DNA of 64,000 bases, taken from the IMG/VR virus record IMGVR_UViG_3300043177_000122, positions 128,001 through 192,000 of that record. One strand, given 5' to 3'. The notes under the pieces were generated by a model. The model searched no databases and had not been told where the DNA came from. It saw only the letters and a program-made list of their open reading frames with translations. Shown one piece after another: positions 9,765 to 17,288 of this stretch. Position 1 is the first letter of the stretch. Every line of letters starts with the position of its first letter. The DNA is from a virus. Lineage: Duplodnaviria; Caudoviricetes. The translations under genes were made by a program, and so were the position numbers.

Positions 9765-9943
9765 TCTATGAACAATGTTTTCCAGAAGACGGTACAGAGC
9801 CAGAATGGTTCTGGGCAGACAAAGACATGTGGGAAGAATGGAATGCCGCTATGGAAAAGGCAGATCAAGAGCGGAAAGAGCGCATGGAAGAATCCCTAAG
9901 AAGAGAGCGGGAAGCCTGGCGGTATGTGAGGGACGATAACTGA
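9725..9943 (+). CDS. hypothetical protein
   Basis: 72 aa acidic/Trp-rich ORF. Confidence 0.45.
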   Translation: MAAQDWPPKNGVVIYEQCFPEDGTEPEWFWADKDMWEEWNAAMEKADQERKERMEESLRREREAWRYVRDDN

Positions 9944-10109
9944 AGAAGAATTACAAGTAATTATTGAAAAAATTAAAATTCGTTTAGCAACGCCTGAAGG
10001 TCAGGAAGCTCTTAGAAAGGCGGCCGAAGCATCTGCTAAAAGAGTACAAGAGATAAAAGAAATGACTAAAATTCCTTGGGAATGGATGCATAGACCAGTT
10101 GACTTCTAA
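9936..10109 (+). CDS. small hypothetical protein, possible ATA start
   Basis: Open frame ITEEELQVIIEKIK...HRPVDF* fills gap; GAGG upstream of ATA; not in ORF track. Confidence 0.4.
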   Translation: MTEEELQVIIEKIKIRLATPEGQEALRKAAEASAKRVQEIKEMTKIPWEWMHRPVDF

Positions 10110-10127
10110 TAACTAAGCATTAACTGT

Positions 10128-10709
10128 ATGTTGCCCTCAAAGATTCGCAGAAGGATACTTAATAAATTGGCCCAAGGCGTCCTGGGCTCACCTGCGTCTC
10201 CACCTTTCCCAACGTCTCCATCGTCTCCTAATGCTCCTACAGAGCCATCTTCGACCATGGCCATCAAGAAGGGGCTTTCACCACCAGCGTCCGATATGAT
10301 GAATTTATCTATTGGATGGGGTACTTGGGCGCAATATATAAATAGTTTAGTAGGGAAATTGGATAAGGCCATTATTGCTGGAACAGAGCAAGAGTATAAT
10401 TTTAAAGATTTGTTCCAAAATAGGTTTCCATCTGGGGTAGATACTAATTATGCTCCACCAAATCCTACAAAAGATCTTATTGCTTTTGGAAGGCTGATAT
10501 TCCAAAATATTATGAATAGCGGTATCCCATTCACAGGGCCTCTAAAGAATGAAGATATGCGTGCTAAAGTGGATTTGCTATTAGGCGCCCCCGAATTAAC
10601 TAAACTGCAACAAGTTAATCAAGCTGGCCCGTTACGTAATGTAGATGTGGATTTGAGTACCGTTAGAAGCGATTTACTTACTCTGAAAAATTCTATTCCA
10701 GTCACATAA
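10128..10709 (+). CDS. hypothetical protein (possible virion protein)
   Basis: 193 aa ORF; N-terminal NKLAQ then Pro-rich segment. Confidence 0.65.
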   Translation: MLPSKIRRRILNKLAQGVLGSPASPPFPTSPSSPNAPTEPSSTMAIKKGLSPPASDMMNLSIGWGTWAQYINSLVGKLDKAIIAGTEQEYNFKDLFQNRFPSGVDTNYAPPNPTKDLIAFGRLIFQNIMNSGIPFTGPLKNEDMRAKVDLLLGAPELTKLQQVNQAGPLRNVDVDLSTVRSDLLTLKNSIPVT

Positions 10710-10773
10710 GTTATATTTTGTATTATGTCAAACAAAATTAAATAATGTCAAATAAGTTGATATATGTTTATAT

Positions 10774-11436
10774 ATGCCATATTGTATTCGATGTTATCGT
10801 GATAAATTGTCTTCAGAAATGAAGTCTGCCAAAATATGTCTTTTGTGTGCGGCCAAACGACGAAAATATTATGATAGAAATTCTACTAATCTTAGAAGAA
10901 AATCAAAGAGATATTATAAGAAGACACGAGCTGATAGACTATCTTGGCAAAAGAATTACTATCAAACGAATATAGAAAGTAGAAAGAAGTATAATAAAAA
11001 GTACTATCAAAAACATAAAGAAGATATAATAAAGCACATAATACTGAAAGCAAAACAACGTCGTAAAAATGATCCTGTTTTTAGATTGAGAAAAAGAGTG
11101 TCTGCTGATGTTTGGAGAATGATAAAAACAAATGGTGGAACTAAAAATGGTTCTGTTATTAGGTTTTTGCCCTTTTCAATAAAAGAACTTAAAGAACATC
11201 TTGAAAAACAATTTGAACCATGGATGAATTGGAGTAATTGGGGTGTTTACAGAAAAGATATTTGGGATGACAATGATTCTACCACTTGGACTTGGCAAAT
11301 TGATCATATAATACCACATTGTAATTTTCAATATTCCTCGATGAAAGAGCAGTCTTTTCTAGATTGTTGGTCATTAACTAATTTGCGACCAATCAGCTCT
11401 AAAGAAAATCTAGAAAAGAATAGGCGAATTAAATGA
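10774..11436 (+). CDS. HNH-type homing endonuclease
   Basis: Basic Tyr/Lys-rich N-terminus; HLEKQF..WM.W.N.G, WQIDHIIP, NLRP...EN..K. Confidence 0.8.
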   Translation: MPYCIRCYRDKLSSEMKSAKICLLCAAKRRKYYDRNSTNLRRKSKRYYKKTRADRLSWQKNYYQTNIESRKKYNKKYYQKHKEDIIKHIILKAKQRRKNDPVFRLRKRVSADVWRMIKTNGGTKNGSVIRFLPFSIKELKEHLEKQFEPWMNWSNWGVYRKDIWDDNDSTTWTWQIDHIIPHCNFQYSSMKEQSFLDCWSLTNLRPISSKENLEKNRRIK

Positions 11437-12224
11437 GCACCTCTAAACTAAAAGACCGTATTGAACGATATCAATCGGTTACCGACCAAAGATTACTCGA
11501 CCGAGTACCAATTATTATTTGTGTCAATGGGCGAGGTTTTTCTAAAGTAACTCAATTGCTCGACAAGCCTTATTGTCCTAAATTCGCTGAGTGCATTCTT
11601 TCCACAACTTTGCGCCTGTGTAATGATGTAGAAGGTGCTTTATTTGCTTATCAATTCAATGATGAGATTGTTGTAGTAACTCGTAATGATCAAAATATTG
11701 ATACAAATCCATGGTATGATAATAAGCTACAAAAAATCTGTTCAGTAACCTCCGCTATTGCTACCATGCATTTTAATGATTGTGCAACTACTGTGGATCT
11801 TAATATGACTGGAGACCCTATTTTTACTTCCCAAGTTTTTACGGCGCCAAATATAGGAGAAGCTATCAATACTATTATTTACAAACAGCAACAAAATTTT
11901 CACACATCTATTCAGTCTGCTTGTTTGTATGAGCTTATTAGGAAGTACGATAAGAATACCATTAAAGAAATGATGGCCGGGCTGAGCATTGATGAGAAAG
12001 TAGATTTGTTAGCACAGGAGGCAGATATTAACTTCAATGATTATCCTACCTCTTTTCGTCGAGGGGTGGCAGCCTATAGAGTTCCAATTGTATCTGGTGA
12101 ATCCATGAGGAACAAATGGTATCTCAATACGGAGCCGCCAATCTTTACCAAAGATCAATCATTCCTGACTAATATCTTTAAGAATGGCGCCGATATCTTC
12201 AGACAGGAGAGTTTTTCAAAATAA
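11433..12224 (+). CDS. tRNA(His) guanylyltransferase Thg1-like protein
   Basis: vNGRGFSK, AYQFNDEI, K..S..S.IAT..F, FRRG motifs; first catalytic Asp appears as Asn. Confidence 0.8.
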   Translation: MSTSKLKDRIERYQSVTDQRLLDRVPIIICVNGRGFSKVTQLLDKPYCPKFAECILSTTLRLCNDVEGALFAYQFNDEIVVVTRNDQNIDTNPWYDNKLQKICSVTSAIATMHFNDCATTVDLNMTGDPIFTSQVFTAPNIGEAINTIIYKQQQNFHTSIQSACLYELIRKYDKNTIKEMMAGLSIDEKVDLLAQEADINFNDYPTSFRRGVAAYRVPIVSGESMRNKWYLNTEPPIFTKDQSFLTNIFKNGADIFRQESFSK

Positions 12225-12253
12225 TTCGGTTAATTTTTTAGGATTACCGGACG

Positions 12254-12281
12254 TTGACATCTAGGCATAAGTGGTTATATT
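12254..12281 (+). promoter_or_regulatory. sigma70-like promoter for tRNA cluster
   Basis: TTGACA (12254-59), 16 nt, TATATT (12276-81), 14 nt before first tRNA. Confidence 0.6.
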
Positions 12282-12294
12282 AGATGTACGATAA

Positions 12295-12368
12295 GCTGGC
12301 TTAGTATAATGGTATTATTCCGCTCTTGTAATGCGGAGAACCGAGTTCGATTCTCGGCGCCAGCTCCA
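12295..12368 (+). tRNA. tRNA-Thr(UGU)
   Basis: Cloverleaf; loop CTTGTAA; T arm CCGAG-TTCGATT-CTCGG; U73, encoded CCA; mismatches at 7:66 and 31:39. Confidence 0.85.
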
Positions 12369-12384
12369 AATATTAGAGTAATAA

Positions 12385-12459
12385 GCCCACGTAGTATAAC
12401 GGTTATTACCCGTCTTTGGTAAAGACGAAAATTGAGTTCGACTCTCAACTTGGGCTCCA
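12385..12459 (+). tRNA. tRNA-Thr(GGU)
   Basis: CGTCT-TTGGTAA-AGACG anticodon arm; TTGAG-TTCGACT-CTCAA; U73, CCA. Confidence 0.9.
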
Positions 12460-12462
12460 TAA

Positions 12463-12537
12463 GCTGTAGTAGTACAATGGTACTGCACTTCCTTGGTACG
12501 GAAGAGACTACAGGTTCGATTCCCGTCTACAGCTCCA
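12463..12537 (+). tRNA. tRNA-Thr(GGU), second copy with a different body
   Basis: GCTGTAG/CTACAGC acceptor; CTTCC-TTGGTAC-GGAAG; U73, CCA. Confidence 0.9.
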
Positions 12538-12539
12538 AG

Positions 12540-12644
12540 CTTTTATCTAATGCTAGTAAGACTAGCACCGGCAGAACCCCCGGTAACAGACCTGACAGTG
12601 GCAGTCGAATTAACGATAGATGGTTGAAGGATGTTTGATAAAAG
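12540..12644 (+). ncRNA. candidate structured RNA in tRNA spacer
   Basis: Closing helix CTTTTATC/GATAAAAG enclosing hairpins TGCTAGT-aag-ACTAGCA, CCGG-N8-CCGG and GAC..GTC. Confidence 0.45.
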
Positions 12645-12650
12645 TCACCT

Positions 12651-12724
12651 GCTGATATCGTATAGTGGAATTACGCTGCCCTCGTAACGCAGACACATGA
12701 GTTCGATTCTCATTATCAGCTCCA
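12651..12724 (+). tRNA. tRNA-Thr(CGU)
   Basis: GCTGATA/TATCAGC acceptor; loop CTCGTAA; ATGAG-TTCGATT-CTCAT; U73, CCA. Confidence 0.88.
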
Positions 12725-12748
12725 TAGCTACGCAAGGAGCTATTTTTG
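12724..12748 (+). terminator. hairpin plus U-tract after tRNA cluster
   Basis: ATAGCT-acGCAAgg-AGCTAT followed by TTTT. Confidence 0.5.
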
Positions 12749-12762
12749 TTTAAGAGGCTATT

Positions 12763-12993
12763 ATGATTCCTTTTGAAAGAGTAGCGGAATGTATTCGCAA
12801 ATTGCAAGCTATAGTGGATGTTGAATCTAATTCTCTTAAAAAGCGTACATATAAAGATCTTTTAGAAGGACTGAAGTTAGCATATGACTCTATTGTTAAA
12901 GACAATATTCCATGTCCGCCAGAAATGGAGGAATCAGTAGGTAAATCACTTAAAGTTATTGAAGATCTATATGCTAGAATTGCGTGCAATTAA
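12763..12993 (+). CDS. hypothetical protein
   Basis: 76 aa ORF with GAGG RBS. Confidence 0.6.
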   Translation: MIPFERVAECIRKLQAIVDVESNSLKKRTYKDLLEGLKLAYDSIVKDNIPCPPEMEESVGKSLKVIEDLYARIACN

Positions 12994-13004
12994 CAAGTAG
13001 AATC

Positions 13005-13226
13005 ATGAATAAATTATTTGATGCACTGTTGATAATTGACCATTTTGGGTGGAAAAACGATTTGGATCCAAAATTCAAACCATTTTTCGACAAGGTATAT
13101 GATTATGCCGCAAATCTTTCAGATAGCGATCTTACTAAAGAAGATTTAGCTGTTGTTTCTTTGATAGATCGTATTTTAGAAGAGAAATTTCAAGCGCGTG
13201 ATGCAAAGGATTTTAACAATAACTAA
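13005..13226 (+). CDS. hypothetical protein
   Basis: ORF; ATG 13005 preferred over track start 12984. Confidence 0.55.
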   Translation: MNKLFDALLIIDHFGWKNDLDPKFKPFFDKVYDYAANLSDSDLTKEDLAVVSLIDRILEEKFQARDAKDFNNN

Positions 13227-13227
13227 T

Positions 13228-13578
13228 GGGGATGACATAGATTCGACGTGGTTTCGAATTATCGAAATGATGCAAACAGAGGATGATTGCCCCTCCAAAA
13301 GTAATCAACGTATAAATGCAAACGATAATGCATTTGCAATGGCCGCCTGAGGGCACCATTCGTTCCTAGATAAGACTGCTTGAGTAATCAATGGAACGCC
13401 AACCCACAAAGCTGGTTGATGAATATGGCTACGATGTTCAACAACAAGATTAACAGTAGATAGCTAGCCGGAGCGAATTCTTGCAGCGTTGTTGATAACG
13501 CCAATATCAACTAAGTTTGTGAATGAGTTTTGATAAGGGCATATCGCGGACTCGGCTGCAATGCCGACATCTCCACCA
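13228..13578 (+). ncRNA. ssrA: tmRNA (SsrA), tag peptide ANDNAFAMAA*
   Basis: 5' GGGGATG...ATTCGAC, 3' CATCTCC-ACCA with G3:U70; tag frame GCA AAC GAT AAT GCA TTT GCA ATG GCC GCC TGA at 13318-13350. Confidence 0.93.
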
Positions 13579-13621
13579 TTTTAAACTGCACATCTCCACA
13601 TGCGCCGATATATAGTTGTGT

Positions 13622-14171
13622 ATGGAAAAGAAAATCATACTAAACTGCGCTCATTGTGGAGAATCATTTGAAAAAGAGGCTCGTGAGCATCGCCGACAAT
13701 TAAAAGAAGGAAAAGATGTTTTCTACTGCTCTCTTTCTTGCGTATGTAAAGAGCGAAATAAAAACAACCCTCCTAAAGGTAATGTAAAAAAATCTTCAAG
13801 CAGATAACCGAAGAGATGAGTACACTCAGTTTAGATGGTTTGTTAATCGTGGTAATTACAGAGGTAAGAGGAAGAGAAAATACGGATGCGATCTAACTGT
13901 AGAGTTTCTTAAAGAATTGTGGGATCAGCAAAAGGGCGTTTGCCCATTTACTGGATGGCAATTGATTCTACCACAAGATTCTTCTTATGCTTGGGATGAA
14001 AAGAACCCAGCTAATGCTTCTCTGGACAGAATAGATAATTCTAAGGGCTATATGCAGGGCAATGTTAGATTCATTTCAGTTATGGCCAATTTAGCAAGAC
14101 AAACATTTACAGACGAACAGGTTAGAAACTTTTGCAAAGCCGTGGTAACAAATGAAATGGCCACTTCGTGA
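13622..14171 (+). pseudogene. HNH/endonuclease-VII-like homing endonuclease split by one extra A
   Basis: CAHC and FYCSLSC N-terminus, CPFTG and ASLDRIDNSKGY..GNV C-terminus; frames join if A7 at 13786-13792 is A6. Confidence 0.75.
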
Positions 14172-14634
14172 TAAAACGCCCGCAATTCCTGAAGAAAGAG
14201 CTGTGGGCGATTTTGCTTTTAGGCGCTCCTTCTATTATCATCCCGGAGTAGACGTTTATTGCGGATTTGGGCAAGAAATACAGGCGATTGAAGAAGGTGA
14301 AGTTGTTCACATGGAAAACTTTACTGGGCCTAATGCTAATCCTCCTAGTCCATGGTGGCTAGAAACCTGGAGTATTCTTATTGAAGGAGCTTCAGGCGTT
14401 TTAGGATATTGTGAAATTAAACCATTTCCACATATTAAAATTGGAGTCAAGGTTAAAGCGGGCGAACTAATCGCTACTGTTATTCCTGTTCTTAAAAAAG
14501 ATAAAGGTAATGGTACGACCATGCTTCACTTTGAACACTACGAAACTGGAACTAGACACCATGTAACGTGGGAATTAGACACCATCAAACCCGAAGAATT
14601 AAAAAACTCTCGTTATTTGCTAGAAAAAAAATAA
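14152..14634 (+). CDS. M23-family peptidase-like protein
   Basis: HPGVD motif, V..GE.IA, LHFE; HxH first His absent. Confidence 0.65.
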   Translation: MKWPLRDKTPAIPEERAVGDFAFRRSFYYHPGVDVYCGFGQEIQAIEEGEVVHMENFTGPNANPPSPWWLETWSILIEGASGVLGYCEIKPFPHIKIGVKVKAGELIATVIPVLKKDKGNGTTMLHFEHYETGTRHHVTWELDTIKPEELKNSRYLLEKK

Positions 14635-14648
14635 TCAACCAATAATTG

Positions 14649-14656
14649 GATATATA
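14649..14656 (+). promoter_or_regulatory. GATATAT motif 8 nt upstream of ATG 14664
   Basis: GATATATA-catcgtt-ATG, the same geometry as at 10759, 13607, 16523, 18838, 19319 and 8680(-). Confidence 0.6.
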
Positions 14657-14663
14657 CATCGTT

Positions 14664-15260
14664 ATGAGCTATCTATAGAACCATCTAATTAAGCAAATGA
14701 AAGAGTGTCCACAAACGGATACTCAATCTGTGTATGAACACGGTGTCTCTGTAAAAGAGCACATTTTTGAATTGATTTCATTTTTAAAAACAGGACAAGT
14801 GCCTGAAGGTTGGAGATTACCTGACTGGATGCATATGTATCGAGAGCAGATTCTAGCCTCGCTTCTTCTAGAGGATATCATCAAAGCCTACGCAGTCTTC
14901 CATGATTGTGGTAAACCTTATTGTCTAATAATAGATGATAAGGGCAGAAGACATTTTCCTGACCATCCAGAGATATCACACAACGTTTGGCTTGCTGTTA
15001 GCAATAACAAAACGATTGCTAAGTTAATTCTTATGGATATGAAAATTCATACTATGAAGGCAGCAGATGTTGAAGAATTCTGTCAGCATCAAGAAGCTAT
15101 CACTCTCCTCATTGCAGGATTAGCTGAAGTACATAGTAATGCAAAGATGTTTGGCGGCATTGATTCTGAATCCTTCAAAATCAAATGGAGTCAAATTAAC
15201 AAACGTGGCAAAGCAATTTGTCGTAAACTATTTGGAGAACATCATGTGTCTATAGGTTAA
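14664..15260 (+). CDS. HD-domain phosphohydrolase with in-frame TAG at codon 5
   Basis: ATG AGC TAT CTA TAG AAC CAT CTA ATT AAG CAA ATG... is in frame with track ORF 14697; EHG, FHDCGKP and later H residues typical of HD fold. Confidence 0.7.
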
Positions 15261-15594
15261 AGAAGGCGATAAGCTTTATGTTATTACTCGTGCAGATTTG
15301 GAACCGGGTTATCAAGCAGTGCAGAGTATGCATGCATTGAGACAATTTACGGCAGAGCATCCTGAGGTCGATAAGGCATGGTTTGAGCAATCAAACTATC
15401 TTGGACTTCTTTCGGTGCAGAATGAACAAGAACTCCTGCAGTTGTTAGAACAAGCAAACAACCAAGGGATTCAAGCTTCAGCTTTCCGAGAACCCGATAT
15501 TGATAATCAAATGACAGCCATTGCGTTATCACCTGGCCCTAAGTCTAAAAAGCTTTGTAGCCGTTTACCACTAGCATTAAGAGGTAAGCCATGA
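15244..15594 (+). CDS. Pth2-like (peptidyl-tRNA hydrolase II fold) protein with in-frame TAG at codon 4
   Basis: GGAG RBS then ATG TGT CTA TAG GTT AAA GAA GGC GAT AAG CTT TAT...; KLYVITRADL.PGYQAVQSMHA and FREPDIDNQMTAIA motifs. Confidence 0.75.
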
Positions 15595-15842
15595 GCAAAT
15601 GGATTGATAAAGAGCGTGGGCCCGAATGTTTCTGTGGCATGCCAACTGGAGTATATATTAGTGAAGATGGTAAGGCATGGTTAATGTGTATCTTTCATGA
15701 ATATGAAGCGGGAGCAATGTTCCCGCTCCCTAGAGATGGAAGACCTGATGCCTGGCCTGATATTCCTCGTGAAGAGATAAATGAGCTAATGAAACGAGGA
15801 GCAGAAGAAGATGAACAAGAACCTATTTCAGAAGATGGATAA
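15591..15842 (+). CDS. hypothetical protein (CxC...CxxH)
   Basis: 83 aa ORF, GAGG RBS, overlaps preceding stop. Confidence 0.6.
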   Translation: MSKWIDKERGPECFCGMPTGVYISEDGKAWLMCIFHEYEAGAMFPLPRDGRPDAWPDIPREEINELMKRGAEEDEQEPISEDG

Positions 15843-15996
15843 AAAAGAATACGATTACTGCTCATGTTCGGGCCATTGCTGTGACAAACCAGAGCGATTT
15901 TGCCCTGTTCACGTTTGCGAAGCAGAAAATTTCTGTGAAGAATGCTTTGTTTCAGAATGTGCTAATTGCCACAAATCATGTGCGTGTGACCTATGA
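15811..15996 (+). CDS. small Cys-rich protein
   Basis: 12 Cys in the last ~45 residues. Confidence 0.55.
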   Translation: MNKNLFQKMDKKEYDYCSCSGHCCDKPERFCPVHVCEAENFCEECFVSECANCHKSCACDL

Positions 15997-16346
15997 AAAA
16001 GACTAGTATAGCATCTTTGCAAGAACGTTTAACTGATTGGTTGCCATGGGATGAAGCTATGTATCAGGTTGGAGCTACTCTTGGTTTCTGGCCTGAGTTT
16101 GGCGCACCTCATGATAACGATCCGTGGCATGGCGTTAAAGACGTTATGCACACTAGAAAACATGAACCGCTAGGTGCTATACTGGAATGGTTTCTCAAAG
16201 ATTTGGTTGAAGTGGGTTGTCTTGAATCAAAAACAGTCGAACTTGAATTCGAATTTTCAAGTGGGAAAAAGACCACGATTCCAATCGCGCATTATCGTTG
16301 GAATGTAAAATATAAAGGACCGGCAGATTTAATATCAATGTTATAA
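15993..16346 (+). CDS. hypothetical protein
   Basis: 117 aa ORF, ATGA overlap. Confidence 0.6.
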   Translation: MKKTSIASLQERLTDWLPWDEAMYQVGATLGFWPEFGAPHDNDPWHGVKDVMHTRKHEPLGAILEWFLKDLVEVGCLESKTVELEFEFSSGKKTTIPIAHYRWNVKYKGPADLISML

Positions 16347-16352
16347 TGTAAT

Positions 16353-16426
16353 CCGCTCTTGGTATAGTGGCTGTGCCGTCGACTCTAAATCGACAGAGCC
16401 GTGTTCAAATCACGGAGAGCGGGCCA
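16353..16426 (+). tRNA. amber suppressor tRNA (CUA), copy 1
   Basis: CCGCTCT/AGAGCGG acceptor, G73, CCA; GTCGA-CTCTAAA-TCGAC (anticodon CTA 16385-87); CCGTG-TTCAAAT-CACGG. Confidence 0.88.
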
Positions 16427-16436
16427 AATAATATAT

Positions 16437-16508
16437 GCGCCGTTAGCTCAGTGGTAGAGCGGGAGCCTCTAAAACTCACGGTCGAGGGTTCAAATCCCTC
16501 ACGGCGCA
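16437..16508 (+). tRNA. amber suppressor tRNA (CUA), copy 2
   Basis: GCGCCGT/ACGGCGC acceptor, A73, CCA not encoded; GCTC-AGTGGTA-GAGC; loop CTCTAAA (CTA 16469-71) on a 3-bp stem; GAGGG-TTCAAAT-CCCTC. Confidence 0.8.
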
Positions 16509-16537
16509 CAAACTACTATTATGATATATAATCTAGC

Positions 16538-16720
16538 ATGAACAAATTTATGACTAGATTAGAAATGCAAACACGTGTTAGAACAATTCGAGAAGAATTG
16601 GAAAATAGGAATAAAACTGGTATGGCCAAAATGGCAACCGACGATGGTGCCCCTATATCTACTGAAGACTTGCAAAATGAAATGTTTTCATTGATTTACA
16701 GATTGAGTAAATTTGAATAA
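16538..16720 (+). CDS. hypothetical protein
   Basis: 60 aa ORF preceded by GATATAT-N8. Confidence 0.6.
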   Translation: MNKFMTRLEMQTRVRTIREELENRNKTGMAKMATDDGAPISTEDLQNEMFSLIYRLSKFE

Positions 16721-16727
16721 GTAGGCT

Positions 16728-17240
16728 TCAAATTAGTGATTTCTTTCGCAATCGTTTACGAAGTGCTGGATCACTACATCCGAGTTTTTTTGAAACTGCA
16801 AATATGCTATTTTCAGCAATCATTTTTATGAGTGATTGATCATCTGGCCAATTAAATCTATCTTGGGTTGTTCGACAATGATTGCATAGCCCAGATACCG
16901 ACACTCTACTTCTATAATTTCCACATTTTTTGCAAGTATAATTTCCCGTTCGTTTTCTATTTATCGCATTACCACCAGCATAGTTTTCCGTTTGAGAGTG
17001 ACAGTTAGGGCAAAGAAATCTTAAATTCTCTATTCTATGATCTTTGTTATCTCCATTAATGTGATCAACTTGTAATGTAAGAATGTTTCCATTCCACTCT
17101 GGCCCTAATCCACAGATTGCGCATTTATATGGCAACAGATTGTACTTCAAGATTTTAGTTTTAAGATGTGATCTAGTAAAAGTAGAATTTTTTACTAATG
17201 CTTCCTCAATTGGGATTTCGTGGTCGCCTTTTTTATACAT
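16728..17240 (-). CDS. HNH homing endonuclease with C-terminal Zn ribbon and HTH
   Basis: CAICG, LQVDHINGD..DHRIENLRFLCPNCHSQT. Confidence 0.88.
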   Translation of the reverse strand: MYKKGDHEIPIEEALVKNSTFTRSHLKTKILKYNLLPYKCAICGLGPEWNGNILTLQVDHINGDNKDHRIENLRFLCPNCHSQTENYAGGNAINRKRTGNYTCKKCGNYRSRVSVSGLCNHCRTTQDRFNWPDDQSLIKMIAENSIFAVSKKLGCSDPALRKRLRKKSLI

Positions 17241-17288
17241 GTAACCTCACTTAATCTAACCTTTGTATGCATGTCAATGCATAGTTTT

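Noticed and set aside
12538-12650. Hammerhead ribozyme or Sec/allo-tRNA in the tRNA spacer
   Set aside because: CTGACAG and GAAT do not match the CUGANGA/GAAA core; there is no T arm, UCA anticodon or CCA end.
12275-12989. Track ORFs 12275-12460(-), 12432-12638(+), 12610-12807(-), 12750-12989(-)
   Set aside because: They are shadows of tRNA genes or antisense to a better ORF.
16353-16508. Pyrrolysine tRNA
   Set aside because: Both tRNAs have canonical D-loop GG, a TTC T-loop and normal variable-loop length; no pylS/pylBCD in the window.
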